Shown here: one piece after another, positions 19,640 to 32,734 of the stretch
How the letters are laid out: every line of letters starts with the position of its first letter
How positions within the stretch are numbered: the first letter of the stretch is position 1
Virus record (IMG/VR): IMGVR_UViG_3300022748_000015
Coordinates: 60,827-124,826 of that record
From: a virus
DNA length: 64,000 bases
Direction: 5' to 3' (one strand)
Program-made: the position numbers and the translations under genes
Notes under the pieces: generated by a model
The model's database searches: none
What the model was told of the DNA's origin: nothing
What the model saw: only the letters and a program-made list of their open reading frames with translations

Positions 19640-22600
19640 TTAAGCTGACAGGTCTCCGTAGACCAACCAGGTGTTTGCTGCACGCTTTAGTAGTGTAGCA
19701 GATGACCACTGAGTGCGAAGCTTCAGACCTGGAGTAGCATTTACGGTAACTCCACCGGCACCAGCAATTGTTACCTGACCTGTTGAAGTCTGAATAATAT
19801 CAATTGTAGTGCCTACTGGGAAGTTCAATGTTGAGTCCAGAGGAATAGTTAGAGTAGTGGCTGATGTATTAGCAACTTCAATGATTGTGTCACGCTCAGT
19901 TAGTGCGCTTAGGGTGTATGAAGCGCTCTTACCCGAGATAGTAGTAATTGAAGGAACGCCAGCAACAGTTTGAACTGACCCATCTGAGAATGTAACTCCA
20001 CCGGAAGCGAGGCTGATTGTCTTGTTGGTGAGGGTCTGAGTTCCAGTTAGGGTTGCAACCACTGCAGTATCAATACCGATAGTCACAGCGCTTGAACCGT
20101 TGTATGAAGTTCCGGTTAGGCCGCTGTTGATGGTAAGAGTGTTTAGGTTACTTCCTAGGGTGATACCTGAGATGGTTGATGCTGCAAGCTTAGAAACTGC
20201 GATAGCAGCTGAGTCTGAAATATCGCCATTAACAATGGTCCCGTCCAGGATCATTGCTGAAGTAACAGTTCCAGTTGGGAGGGTTACAGTTCCTGTAAAG
20301 GTTGGACTGGCCGTTGGAGCCTTTGAATCAATCTGAGTCTGGACTGCCGAGGTTACGCCATCAAGATATTGGAGCTCGGTGTTTGAGACATTTCCAATAG
20401 TTGCAGATGTTGCCTGCAGAGCACCAATCTTTAGAGTGTCATAGGTAACTCCAGTGAAGTCGACTACGCTATCTGTTGGTTCGGTTGCTCCAGATACTAG
20501 CTTCCATACTCCATCGGAGGCATCGCGGACAAGACCAGTGTGTGGGTGGTTAGAGCTGTTGGTTCCACCATTACCGTAGGCACCATAAATACCTATATCT
20601 AAAATATCAGCTGAATACTGCGAGTCAGCTAGGTAGATAAGTGAGTCAGCTACTGCAAGGTTAGTACTATTTACAATAGTTTGGGTTCCGGTGACCGTTA
20701 GGTTAGCAGTAGTTAGGTCAGTTGCATTAACTGTAGGGGCAACAAGAGTTCCAGTGAAGGTTGGGCTAGCTAGGTTAGCCTTAAGATCCAAAGCAGTCTG
20801 AGTTGCAGTAGATACTGGCTTATTGGCATCCGATGTATTATCTACGTTAGCAAGACCAACCATTGACTTGGTAATTCCGGAAACGGTACCGGTAAAGGTT
20901 GGGTTTGAAGTAGGTGCCTTAGAATCCAACTGAGTTTGGATTGAAGATGTTACTCCATCTACATATCCGATCTCGGCGGCAGATACTGTACCGATAGATG
21001 TAGTTGCAGGAAGAACTACAGTTCCAGTAAGTGTTGCGTTGGCAAGTGGTGCCTTTAGGTCAAGTGCAGCCTGCTGAGCAGTTGATACAGGCTTGCCAGC
21101 ATCCGAAGTGTTATCTACGTTGCCGAGTCCTACCATAGCCTTAGTTACACCGGAAACGGTTCCTGTGAAGGTTGGTGACTCGATCGGTGCGTAAGTTGCT
21201 GCAATAGAGGCTGTGCTTAGCTTTGAATCAAGCTGAGCTTGAATGCTTGAAGTAACACCATCTACATAGCCTAGCTCGGTTGCAGATACGTTTCCGATAG
21301 AGGTTGCTGCTGGTAGAACTACAGTACCGGTAAAGGTTGGGTTTGAAGTAGGTGCCTTCAAATCTAGGGCAGATTGGGTTGCTGTAGAGATTGACTTATT
21401 AGCATCTGAGGTGTTGTCAACATTAGATAAACCAACCATTGCTTTGGTAATACCGGAGGTTGTTCCGGTAAATGTGGCATTGGCAGTCGGGGCCTTGCTA
21501 TCAAGCTGAGCCTGAATACCTGAGGTAACACCATCTACGTAACTAATCTCTGACGCTGACACATTGCCAATTGAGGTAGTGGCAGGGAGAACGACAGTTC
21601 CAGTTAGAGTCGGGGAGTTAATGTCTGCCTTGAGAGCTATCGAGTTGTTGATAGTGGTTTGGTCGGCAGTTGTTAGAAGGAGTGCAGTATTAGCAATACC
21701 ATGTACGTTGGTAGTCGTAGTGTTGTGGGTGTCGATGTCTGACTTAGTTGCAAGTGCTGCAGTATTTGCGATACCGTGCACGTTTGTGGTGTCTAGGTTG
21801 TGGGTATCGATGTCTGAGAGCATCGCTAGATCGGCAGTATTAGCGATACCATGTACATTTGTAGTATCGCTTGTGTGTGCATAAAGAGTTGATGAAACAA
21901 CTAGGTCGGCAACATTAGCAATACCATGGACCTCGGTGGTTTGGGCCATGTGATATGCCATCATATTGTTGGCATAGTTCTCTAGCTGAGCTGTTAGATC
22001 GGTAATCTCTGTAGAGGTTGTTCCAGCATATGGAAGAGCAGTCCAGTGGGAGGTACCATTACCGATCTTGAACTTACCGGTATTTGACTCTAGAACGAAG
22101 CTGCTTGCCTCAGGTACTGCATTAGCAGAAGTCAGGTTGGCGGCAGTGTCTACAACAAGAGTTGCCTTAGTTGCAATGTTATTAGCAACAGTAGTGGAGA
22201 AGTTAGGGTCATCTCCAAGAGCTGCGGCCAGTTCATTTAAGGTATTTAGTAGGTTTGGTGATGAATCTACTAGCGCAGAGATGGCTGAGTCAGCGTAAGC
22301 CTTTGCTGCTGATTCAGCAGTATCTGCCTTGGTCTGAGCGCCAGTCTTAGTTTCGAGGGCAGCAGTGTTTGCAATACCGTGAATATTAAGAATTGAAGAG
22401 TTGTGGGCATATAGCTCTGAATCTGTATATGACTCTGCAGTGGAAACTCCAACATCTACCCTATTCTGAGCACCAGTCTTAGTCTCTAGTTCGTTTGTAT
22501 CAGCGATGCCGTGAACGTTAGTGTGTGAGCTGCTGTGTGCTGAGACTGTATTTGCAAGGTCAGCAATTAATGCATCAACCTGACTAGGTAGATCGGTTGC

Positions 22601-22750
22601 ATATCCGAGATCAGCCCAAGCGAGGCCGGCTCGACCAATTTTAAACTTGCCAGAGTCTGACTCAAAGCCGACTTCACCATCAGAAAGGGTAGGGTTAGTT
22701 GAGGTCCAGTTAGCGGCAGTACCGCGTCTAAGCTGAATCTTAATTGCCAT
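19640..22750 (-). CDS. Long tail fibre (two Mtd_N/hyaluronidase-like domains, PTR repeats, conserved C-terminal domain)
   Basis: MAIKIQLRRGTAANWTSTNPTL..GEVGFE..GKFKIG; 3x VGL.NVDNTSD..KP.STA; C-terminal GLKLRTQWSSATLLKR. Confidence 0.85.
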   Translation of the reverse strand: MAIKIQLRRGTAANWTSTNPTLSDGEVGFESDSGKFKIGRAGLAWADLGYATDLPSQVDALIADLANTVSAHSSSHTNVHGIADTNELETKTGAQNRVDVGVSTAESYTDSELYAHNSSILNIHGIANTAALETKTGAQTKADTAESAAKAYADSAISALVDSSPNLLNTLNELAAALGDDPNFSTTVANNIATKATLVVDTAANLTSANAVPEASSFVLESNTGKFKIGNGTSHWTALPYAGTTSTEITDLTAQLENYANNMMAYHMAQTTEVHGIANVADLVVSSTLYAHTSDTTNVHGIANTADLAMLSDIDTHNLDTTNVHGIANTAALATKSDIDTHNTTTTNVHGIANTALLLTTADQTTINNSIALKADINSPTLTGTVVLPATTSIGNVSASEISYVDGVTSGIQAQLDSKAPTANATFTGTTSGITKAMVGLSNVDNTSDANKSISTATQSALDLKAPTSNPTFTGTVVLPAATSIGNVSATELGYVDGVTSSIQAQLDSKLSTASIAATYAPIESPTFTGTVSGVTKAMVGLGNVDNTSDAGKPVSTAQQAALDLKAPLANATLTGTVVLPATTSIGTVSAAEIGYVDGVTSSIQTQLDSKAPTSNPTFTGTVSGITKSMVGLANVDNTSDANKPVSTATQTALDLKANLASPTFTGTLVAPTVNATDLTTANLTVTGTQTIVNSTNLAVADSLIYLADSQYSADILDIGIYGAYGNGGTNSSNHPHTGLVRDASDGVWKLVSGATEPTDSVVDFTGVTYDTLKIGALQATSATIGNVSNTELQYLDGVTSAVQTQIDSKAPTASPTFTGTVTLPTGTVTSAMILDGTIVNGDISDSAAIAVSKLAASTISGITLGSNLNTLTINSGLTGTSYNGSSAVTIGIDTAVVATLTGTQTLTNKTISLASGGVTFSDGSVQTVAGVPSITTISGKSASYTLSALTERDTIIEVANTSATTLTIPLDSTLNFPVGTTIDIIQTSTGQVTIAGAGGVTVNATPGLKLRTQWSSATLLKRAANTWLVYGDLSA

Positions 22751-23148
22751 TAGAAGCTACTTTCGTTTCCACCATCATAGGTAAAGTTGTAGGTAGTAGT
22801 GGTAGAGGTTCCACCATCAATTGTACCAGTTACTGAAGACACGTTGTATAGTCCAGCATCTGCAGAAATAAGCCCGAAATCGGACAGTAGGCTGATCAAA
22901 CTAATATTTACCCAGGAGGTAGTGGTTTGGTCGTAGAGAAGGACATCTCCGCCTGCAGGTGAGGGTGCCTGAACATCTGTAAGGGTTGACATTGCTGCAG
23001 ATGGCCCGCTAGAAGCAGACCAGGAACTGCCATCAAAGGTATATACCTTTTTGTCTGTAGTTAGAAAAAAGAGGTCGCCAGTTAAACCTGCCGCAGGTAG
23101 AACTGGCCCATGTGGCAGGTTTACTGGCGTTAAAAACTTTCTTGACAA
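22750..23148 (-). CDS. Hypothetical virion/tail protein
   Basis: ORF in fibre operon; IDGG/YDGG end motifs. Confidence 0.6.
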   Translation of the reverse strand: MSRKFLTPVNLPHGPVLPAAGLTGDLFFLTTDKKVYTFDGSSWSASSGPSAAMSTLTDVQAPSPAGGDVLLYDQTTTSWVNISLISLLSDFGLISADAGLYNVSSVTGTIDGGTSTTTTYNFTYDGGNESSF

Positions 23149-23175
23149 AGTTTTTCCTCTTTATTTAAAGGCTTA

Positions 23176-24546
23176 TTAGCCGATTACTACAACTTGATAT
23201 GCACCAGCTGCAACAGTAGCTGCTGAAACCCATGAAAGAGTTGCAACAGTAGTGCTGGTACGAACTACATCTACTTCAACCTGATCATATGATACGGCAT
23301 CAAATACCTGAACTAGTACGTTGCGGGTACCTAGTCCGTGAGTCACGGTCCATGAAACAACATTACTAGACGGCACTAGTTCCGCATTTGCTTCGGTGTG
23401 CTTAGTAGTAGGAGCAGCAGCCGAGATAGCTCCAGATACAGTATTATCTACATACTGCTTGGTTGCAGCCATTAAGTTAGATGTCGGATCGCTTGCAAGA
23501 GTTAGGTCACCAGTCATGGTGTCGCCATTCTTAGCAACCTTATTAGCAATAGCATTGGTAACAGAGGTTGCGAAGCTTGGGTCATCAGCAATTGCTGCTG
23601 CAAGTTCATTGAGAGTGTTAAGAAGATCCGGAGCACCAGCGACTAATCCTGCTACTGCAGAGTCAATGCGATCCTTAACAGTATTTCCAGTTGAGCCATT
23701 AACAGTTGCATCACCAATAAGACCGCCTACATAACCGTGAGAAGCGATCTCATTGCCTGCCGACGCGGCTGTAATATAGGCAGTACCATCAGCATTAAGA
23801 ACGATATTTCCAGTAGTGGAAACAATGTCTACGGTTCCGGGAGTAGTTATGTCTACTGCATAACCTGAATGTACGGTTAGTTTTCCAGAACTATTATCAA
23901 CGCTAACAAAGTTATTAGCCCCGCCTGCTCCACCAGCTGATTGGAAGTAGGTATCCCCGGTGAAGGTCTTATTAGAAAGATTCTGAATATCAGAAGTTCC
24001 AACAACATCACCAGTTACTCCGTGAACTCCAGAGGAAGATCCAGTGTGGGTATCTAGGTGTCCTTGTACGGTGCTTGCAGAACCTGCAGCATCGTAGTTT
24101 ACAGCTAGACCATCAGCGTAGTTCTGAGCTGCAGTTTGGGCAGCTGATGCTGCTCCAGCTACGTCATAGTTGACAGCAAGACCATTGGCATATGATTTAG
24201 CAGCTGCTTCAGCAGAAGCCGCTGAGCCCACTGCATCGTAGTTACCTGCGAGTGAATCTGCATATCCTTCAGCTGCAGTCTGAGCCGCTGCTGCAGCACC
24301 CTTAGCATCATAGGTGTTTGCTAGATCAAGAGCTGTGATTGCTGCATTGATAGCATCTGAAACGCTTCCACCCTGAGCAAGGGTTAGCCAAGAGGTGCCA
24401 TTGAAGTAGCGAAGAGTGTTGTCACCAGTGTTGTAATAGATTTGACCAGCTACAGGTGACTGAGGAGCAATAGCCAGGTTTTGGATTCTGGCATTCAGCA
24501 GCTCATTCTTATTAAGATTGAGCCCCGTTAGGAATTGACGTGACAT
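23176..24546 (-). CDS. Tail fibre-related protein
   Basis: [16 protein letters not shown] fibre motif shared with 19640-22750; LAxNYDxxGxA repeats. Confidence 0.75.
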   Translation of the reverse strand: MSRQFLTGLNLNKNELLNARIQNLAIAPQSPVAGQIYYNTGDNTLRYFNGTSWLTLAQGGSVSDAINAAITALDLANTYDAKGAAAAAQTAAEGYADSLAGNYDAVGSAASAEAAAKSYANGLAVNYDVAGAASAAQTAAQNYADGLAVNYDAAGSASTVQGHLDTHTGSSSGVHGVTGDVVGTSDIQNLSNKTFTGDTYFQSAGGAGGANNFVSVDNSSGKLTVHSGYAVDITTPGTVDIVSTTGNIVLNADGTAYITAASAGNEIASHGYVGGLIGDATVNGSTGNTVKDRIDSAVAGLVAGAPDLLNTLNELAAAIADDPSFATSVTNAIANKVAKNGDTMTGDLTLASDPTSNLMAATKQYVDNTVSGAISAAAPTTKHTEANAELVPSSNVVSWTVTHGLGTRNVLVQVFDAVSYDQVEVDVVRTSTTVATLSWVSAATVAAGAYQVVVIG

Positions 24547-24555
24547 TATGTTTCC

Positions 24556-24873
24556 TTATGAGAGATGAGCTTTTCCAGAAATTGCCTCTGAAAAAGATAT
24601 GGTTAGTTGAGTTTCATTGATATGTGTCACTGTTCCTTCTATCTGCGATTCCCCACTGTCAAAGACAGTCACATTTGGAAAGAAGTTTAAATTGTGCAGT
24701 ACAGTCCAGATTGTTGCCGGAGTGCTTTGTAGATGCCTATAAGAAACTAGGGGTACAATTTCACTGGCAGCAATACCGTTAGTTCCAGCTGGACCTTGGG
24801 GTCCGGGGGCGGAGACTATGATTTGGCGAACATATTTACCGGATGCGACACTACTCGCTACATCTCCAGCCAT
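24556..24873 (-). CDS. Hypothetical virion protein
   Basis: Short GPQGPAG plus W.V.HNL.FFP.VTV motif. Confidence 0.6.
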   Translation of the reverse strand: MAGDVASSVASGKYVRQIIVSAPGPQGPAGTNGIAASEIVPLVSYRHLQSTPATIWTVLHNLNFFPNVTVFDSGESQIEGTVTHINETQLTISFSEAISGKAHLS

Positions 24874-25235
24874 TATCTGGTCACCTCTGCTCTAACTACA
24901 AAATTTCCCTGAATCAGTTTGTATACATAAAGCTCGGAGTTTGGGGCAACTAGCTCTAGATCGTAAACGTACTTATCTTCAGGTATGGTTGCCATATCTT
25001 CATCAGAAACATAAAGTTCAATGTTTCCATTTGAAGCTCCTAAACTGATCCCACCATTTTCAGTTGTTAGGTCAAGGATTATTACATCGCTATCGCTTGT
25101 TTTTCTCACCTGCATGCGGGCTGTGTATCCTCTAAGTAGGATAGGCTTTTTTGCAGGGTCTCTCCATAGGATAGTGCGTGAAAAAGTAGAGCCTTGGTCA
25201 GCAACCATATTGTATAGTCCAGCTGGTGTGCTCAT
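24873..25235 (-). CDS. Virion-associated protein; paralog of 9485-9847
   Basis: Shared [24 protein letters not shown] motifs. Confidence 0.65.
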   Translation of the reverse strand: MSTPAGLYNMVADQGSTFSRTILWRDPAKKPILLRGYTARMQVRKTSDSDVIILDLTTENGGISLGASNGNIELYVSDEDMATIPEDKYVYDLELVAPNSELYVYKLIQGNFVVRAEVTR

Positions 25236-25350
25236 ATATTTCTTCCGCAGGAGAGTAGGATTTGGCTATTCTTATTTTACATCATGGATAAAACTTTAAT
25301 TTTGAGGTAAAATACGTGTATGGCTTTTAAAAACCCCCTAGAGGTCCCTA

Positions 25351-25602
25351 ATGACTAGCGTATCTACCTTAGAAATTGTAGAGACTGAAAATCAGATTCA
25401 GCTTGATGATGAAGGCAACGAAGTCTTTGCTCACTATGCTGAGAAAGTCTCGACCACTGCTGGATATGTCTTAGGTACCCCTGTTCAAGCCATCTGTGGC
25501 AAGGTTTTTGTGCCATTCCGCAATCCGGATAAGCTCCGAATTTGTTCAGCTTGCAAAGAGATTATGGATGCACTATTCTTGAATAATGACGAAAATCAGT
25601 AG
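25351..25602 (+). CDS. DUF3039 family protein
   Basis: FAHY.EK......V.GTPV.AICGKVFVP.R.P....IC..CKEI. Confidence 0.75.
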   Translation: MTSVSTLEIVETENQIQLDDEGNEVFAHYAEKVSTTAGYVLGTPVQAICGKVFVPFRNPDKLRICSACKEIMDALFLNNDENQ

Positions 25603-25693
25603 TTGATTTTTGTCCTATACTGGATTAACTAATGGTCCTGGCGTCCTCAAAAAACGTCAGGATTTCTCATCTCCTATTGAAAGAAAATCAAAA

Positions 25694-25915
25694 ATGGCCG
25701 TAACCGTTTATACTCTCCCCTCTTGCGTACAGTGCGACACAACAAAGAGATATTTAACAAATAACGGCATTGATTTCACTACTATTGACCTTAGCGTTGA
25801 CTCTGATGCCGCTGATTATGTGAAGGGTCTTGGCTATCAAGCTGCTCCTGTTGTAGTTGCCGGAGATGCGCATTGGAGTGGTTTCCTCCCTGACCGACTA
25901 AACTCCCTGAAGTAG
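25694..25915 (+). CDS. nrdH: Glutaredoxin-like NrdH
   Basis: VTVYTLPSCVQC; GY.AAPVV; start at ATG 25694. Confidence 0.9.
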   Translation: MAVTVYTLPSCVQCDTTKRYLTNNGIDFTTIDLSVDSDAADYVKGLGYQAAPVVVAGDAHWSGFLPDRLNSLK

Positions 25916-26309
25916 CTCGTATGTACGACATCGTTTATTTCTCAAACGTGTCGGGGAATACTAAAAGATTTGTAAATAAATTAGGTTTTAACCTAATTCA
26001 GATACCCCTGCGCTGGGATGAAAAATCCCCCTTGACTGTAGAACGTGAATACGTTATAGTAAGTCCTACGTACGGTGGTGGAGCAGACAATAGAACTGTT
26101 CCTAAATCGGTGATTAATTTCTTGAATATAGAAAGTAATCGTGCTTTACTTAGAGGTGTTATAGGTACTGGAGATTTCAACTTCGGTACTCACTTCTGTA
26201 AGGCTGCGGAGATTATTTCAGCAAAAACCGGAGTGCCTTTGCTGTATAAAGTTGAAATAACTGGCACACCAGACGATGTAGAACAAGTAAAAGAGAGGCT
26301 AGAGCTGCT

Positions 26310-29395
<3,086 letters not shown>

Positions 29396-29400
29396 TCTTT

Positions 29401-29443
29401 AGAAAAAAAAGAGAACCCCTCCCGAAGGAGGGGTTTTCTTTTG
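29401..29443. terminator. Bidirectional intrinsic terminator
   Basis: gaacccctcc-cgaa-ggaggggttt flanked by A and T runs between convergent genes. Confidence 0.85.
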
Positions 29444-29450
29444 CTTGGTT

Positions 29451-30749
29451 TTATTCGTCAAGGAGTCGAGTAACCATCTCGGCAACCTGGCTTCGCTCTG
29501 AACGAGTTAGCTTGATGTGGGCAAATAGTTCTTCGCCCTTAAGCTTCTCAACAACAGAGGCGATTCCATCGTGACGACCAACACGCAGGTTGTCACGCTG
29601 GGCAACATCGCTACTGATGAATACTCGAGTATTCTCTCCAGTACGGCTCAGAGCGGTGAGGAGTACGTTACGCTCCAGGTTTTGAGCCTCGTCAATAATT
29701 ATGATGGTATCGGTGAAGGTACGACCACGAATATGGGTTAGAGGTAGCACCTCGATGATTCCACGATCAATTACATCCTCGATGACGTTCTTAGATGCAA
29801 ATGCACTTAAGGCATCGAATACTGCTGCTGCCCATGGGTTCATCTTCTCCGCTTCAGAGCCCGGAAGGAATCCTAGTTCCTGACCACCAACAGCAAAGAG
29901 TGGGCGGAAGACAACTATCTTCTTATGAGTACGTTGCTCGATTACTGCTTCTAGTCCGGCAGCTAAGGCAAGCATGCTCTTACCGGTTCCACCGCTACCG
30001 CTCATCGAGACAATACCAATAGAGTTATCAAGTAGCTGTGATAAGGCAATACGCTGCTGAGCTGATCTGCCGCGGACACCAAATGCTTCTAGGTCTTGGG
30101 GGACTAGCTCTACTCCACCTGAGGCAGTGATTCGTGCAATAGCAGATGATCTACCTGCCTTTAGAATCACTCCAGTGTGGACGGGGGTGTCTTTTAGTTC
30201 ATCACTAACTCTAGAGGTTGGTAAAACTTTATTTTCGTATAGTGAATCAAGTATTTCTTTTTCAACATTTACTTGTACAACTCCGGTATAGCCAGAGTCT
30301 GGAAGAATATCTGCACGGTAATCTTCAGCAGTAATGTCTACAGCTGTAGATGCTAGTAGTCGCATTGGTAGATCTTTGCTTACTAGCACTACATCTTGAC
30401 CTCTTTCACGTAGAGAGGCAGCTACTGTAATAATTGCAGTATCGTGGGAGCGATCATCTTTAATAGTTTCTGGAAGAAGTGATCTATCACCTGGATATAC
30501 CTCAACTCGAAGGGTGCCTCCATCAGCATTAACTACAACACCATGCTTGAGATCACCTTTAGAGCCTCTTAGCTCTTCTAAAGACCTAAGGGCTTGACGA
30601 GCCGGATATCCGAGTTCGGGGTCATTTCTTTTATTTTCCAACTCTTTTAGGACGATTAGTGGTAAAACTACCTCGTGCTTTTCGAATGAAAAAATTGATT
30701 TTGGGTTTGCTAGCAGAACGCTAGTGTCGAGGACGTAGGTAGTAACCAC
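29451..30749 (-). CDS. phoH: PIN-PhoH (PhoH2-like) ATPase
   Basis: YVLDTSVLL PIN domain; GSGGTGKS; RGRTF..IIIDEAQN. Confidence 0.92.
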   Translation of the reverse strand: MVTTYVLDTSVLLANPKSIFSFEKHEVVLPLIVLKELENKRNDPELGYPARQALRSLEELRGSKGDLKHGVVVNADGGTLRVEVYPGDRSLLPETIKDDRSHDTAIITVAASLRERGQDVVLVSKDLPMRLLASTAVDITAEDYRADILPDSGYTGVVQVNVEKEILDSLYENKVLPTSRVSDELKDTPVHTGVILKAGRSSAIARITASGGVELVPQDLEAFGVRGRSAQQRIALSQLLDNSIGIVSMSGSGGTGKSMLALAAGLEAVIEQRTHKKIVVFRPLFAVGGQELGFLPGSEAEKMNPWAAAVFDALSAFASKNVIEDVIDRGIIEVLPLTHIRGRTFTDTIIIIDEAQNLERNVLLTALSRTGENTRVFISSDVAQRDNLRVGRHDGIASVVEKLKGEELFAHIKLTRSERSQVAEMVTRLLDE

Positions 30750-30808
30750 CGATGCTCTTCCTATTGGTAGAATTTACATGACAATACTAACAGCTTTATG
30801 GAGACACC

Positions 30809-30994
30809 TTGCCGACCTACGAATATAAGTGCAGCATAGACCCGGATCATAAATTCTCTGAGATTCGTGGAATTAATAGTGAACCTACAAGAGAGACTTG
30901 CGCTACTGAAGGGTGTGAAGGTAGACTAATTAGAGTATTTAGCGCACCTCCAATCACCTTTAAGGGTAGTGGATTTCATGCTAAAAAAGGATAA
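30809..30994 (+). CDS. FmdB-family zinc ribbon protein
   Basis: MPTYEYKC...C...F..FKGSGFH. Confidence 0.8.
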   Translation: MPTYEYKCSIDPDHKFSEIRGINSEPTRETCATEGCEGRLIRVFSAPPITFKGSGFHAKKG

Positions 30995-31016
30995 CTAGAA
31001 CTAGAAAAGAGCTCCG

Positions 31017-31346
31017 ATGCTAGATGACATTTATACAGATATGCCAGATTTTTCGGAGCTTGGGGTGCCTATGTGCGCTCAGACTGATCCTGAAATTTTT
31101 TTCCCGCGTGAGAATTATGACCAAAATGGGAAGTTTATATCTGCCGTATATGCCAATGTAACTGGGGCTAAAGAGCTATGCTCTAAGTGCCCTTATAAGA
31201 TGGCTTGCTATGCCTATGCTATGAAGCAGCCATATATTGACGGTATCTGGGGTGGTACTACCGAAGCTGACCGTTCTAATACCCGTCGTCGCTTACGTCG
31301 TCGCGACAATATTCGTACTAAGCTAGCACAATTTGATGTAAAATAA
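31017..31346 (+). CDS. whiB: WhiB-family transcription factor
   Basis: CAQTDPEIFFP; C..CP...C; GIWGG. Confidence 0.92.
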   Translation: MLDDIYTDMPDFSELGVPMCAQTDPEIFFPRENYDQNGKFISAVYANVTGAKELCSKCPYKMACYAYAMKQPYIDGIWGGTTEADRSNTRRRLRRRDNIRTKLAQFDVK

Positions 31347-31402
31347 TAGTGTCCCTTGGGAGAGAGGACTTCCTTAATTACCTCTACTCCCGGGAGAACA
31401 CT

Positions 31403-31720
31403 ATGAAGATGTTTTTGGACATCGTATACCGCATTATCGCGGTTTTCGTTGCTACAGCGTTAGCAACAATTGGTACTGGATCGCTTGTCGGTGTAAGCAT
31501 TGCACAATCTGCCCTTATGGCTGGTGCTGGTGCTGTAGCTGCTGTTATCGAGCGTCTTGCACGTGCATTTATGGATGACGGTAAGTTGACCATGGAAGAA
31601 GTGAATGCAGCATTTAATGTCAAGGATCCAAAGAAGACTGCTGATGGACTTGGTGAACCTGAAGTTGCAGAAGTTAAGATCGATGGTCTTGATGATGCAG
31701 ATCACGAGCCATACCAGTAA
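31403..31720 (+). CDS. Small membrane protein (holin-like?)
   Basis: Two hydrophobic segments; start at ATG 31403 after GGGAG. Confidence 0.55.
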   Translation: MKMFLDIVYRIIAVFVATALATIGTGSLVGVSIAQSALMAGAGAVAAVIERLARAFMDDGKLTMEEVNAAFNVKDPKKTADGLGEPEVAEVKIDGLDDADHEPYQ

Positions 31721-31726
31721 ATAGAT

Positions 31727-31768
31727 TTGCTAAATTAAACCCTCTGCTCTATAGTGAGTGGAGGGTTT
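31727..31768 (+). promoter_or_regulatory. SigA-type promoter (TTGCTA-17-TATAGT) embedded in a terminator-like hairpin
   Basis: -35 at 31727-32, -10 at 31750-55; stem aaaccctc/gagggttt. Confidence 0.55.
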
Positions 31769-31785
31769 AATTTTTAGGAGAGATT

Positions 31786-32019
31786 ATGGATTTTGAAGAA
31801 TGGCTTCGAACGGGAATTGAAAATGGATGGTGTGGTCCAGCGGTTTGCCACACACATGACGGGCTTCCAACTACAGTTGCAGAAGATGAAGAGTTTGAAG
31901 AATCTGATCCATGCATCCATATCGTTAGACTTTATGAAGATGAAGCTACTAAGATTGGTGTAGAAACAAACCACGGACCCAGTGTGTGGCGAGCAACTAA
32001 TCGCGGCATTGAGCTCTAA
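31786..32019 (+). CDS. Hypothetical protein; paralog of 37761-38069
   Basis: FEEWLR.G....W....C.THDG.P...C.H. Confidence 0.65.
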   Translation: MDFEEWLRTGIENGWCGPAVCHTHDGLPTTVAEDEEFEESDPCIHIVRLYEDEATKIGVETNHGPSVWRATNRGIEL

Positions 32020-32039
32020 AAAAGAAAGAAGGAAAGACA

Positions 32040-32174
32040 ATGGCAAAGGGTAAAGGTGGCGCAAAGCCAGCAGCACCAACTAAGGGAAGCACTGATCGTC
32101 CAAATCAGAAGGCATTCAAGAAGCACCCGAAGAAGTTTGATCCAATCAAGCGTCGTCTTGTAGCAGATAACTAA
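32040..32174 (+). CDS. Small basic protein (44 aa)
   Basis: MAKGKGGAKPAAPTKGSTDRPNQKAFKKHPKKFDPIKRRLVADN with AAGGA RBS; below ORF-track cutoff. Confidence 0.6.
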   Translation: MAKGKGGAKPAAPTKGSTDRPNQKAFKKHPKKFDPIKRRLVADN

Positions 32175-32206
32175 TTAGTCGCTATAATTAACTTATAATT
32201 GAATAC

Positions 32207-32543
32207 GGGGATGATCGGATTCGACGGTCATTCGAAAAACTAGTGAAGCAAGCAGAGAAGCCTGTACCTCTTGAATCGGGCAACCAAATAAATGCAAACT
32301 CACGTTCAGCATTCGCACTAGCTGCTTAGTAATAGGTAACTAGTACCCCTGACAAAGCACCAGTTCTAGGTGGGCAGTCAGGTTTTAAATAAGTAGAACA
32401 AACCCGCACCACGTCCATGCTGGAGACGTAAAACTGAAGCACCACAGGATGTGGCAGTTCGGTCCTGGAAATATAAACTGCCTAAGCTTGTAGAAGAATA
32501 GTTTGTCTTTGATCGGACGGGGGTTCAATTCCCCCCATCTCCA
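32207..32543 (+). ncRNA. ssrA: tmRNA, tag peptide ANSRSAFALAA
   Basis: 5' GGGGATGATCGGATTCGAC; 3' GACGGGGGTTCAATTCCCCCCATCTCCA; tag ORF 32294-32329. Confidence 0.93.
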
Positions 32544-32660
32544 CTATTCCGTACTCTGAAACACGACATATGGGCGTGGTAGGTAAATGGTCCAAGGTAC
32601 GGTAGGACAAGTGCTAGAGGGAGCCTTCCGGACGGTGGGCGGACCTCTAGGGCTAAATAA

Positions 32661-32734
32661 TGCCCCTTAGCTCAATTGGCAGAGCAGCGAGCCGTTAACT
32701 CGAAGGTTTGTTGGTTCGACTCCAACAGGGGCAG
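32661..32734 (+). tRNA. tRNA-Asn(GTT)
   Basis: Cloverleaf TGCCCCT/AGGGGCA; loop CC-GTT-AA (atypical C33). Confidence 0.8.

Noticed and set aside
25326-25335. Slippery TTTTAAAAAC frameshift joining the uORF to DUF3039
   Set aside because: Heptamer not in the X XXY YYZ register, and DUF3039 has its own ATG
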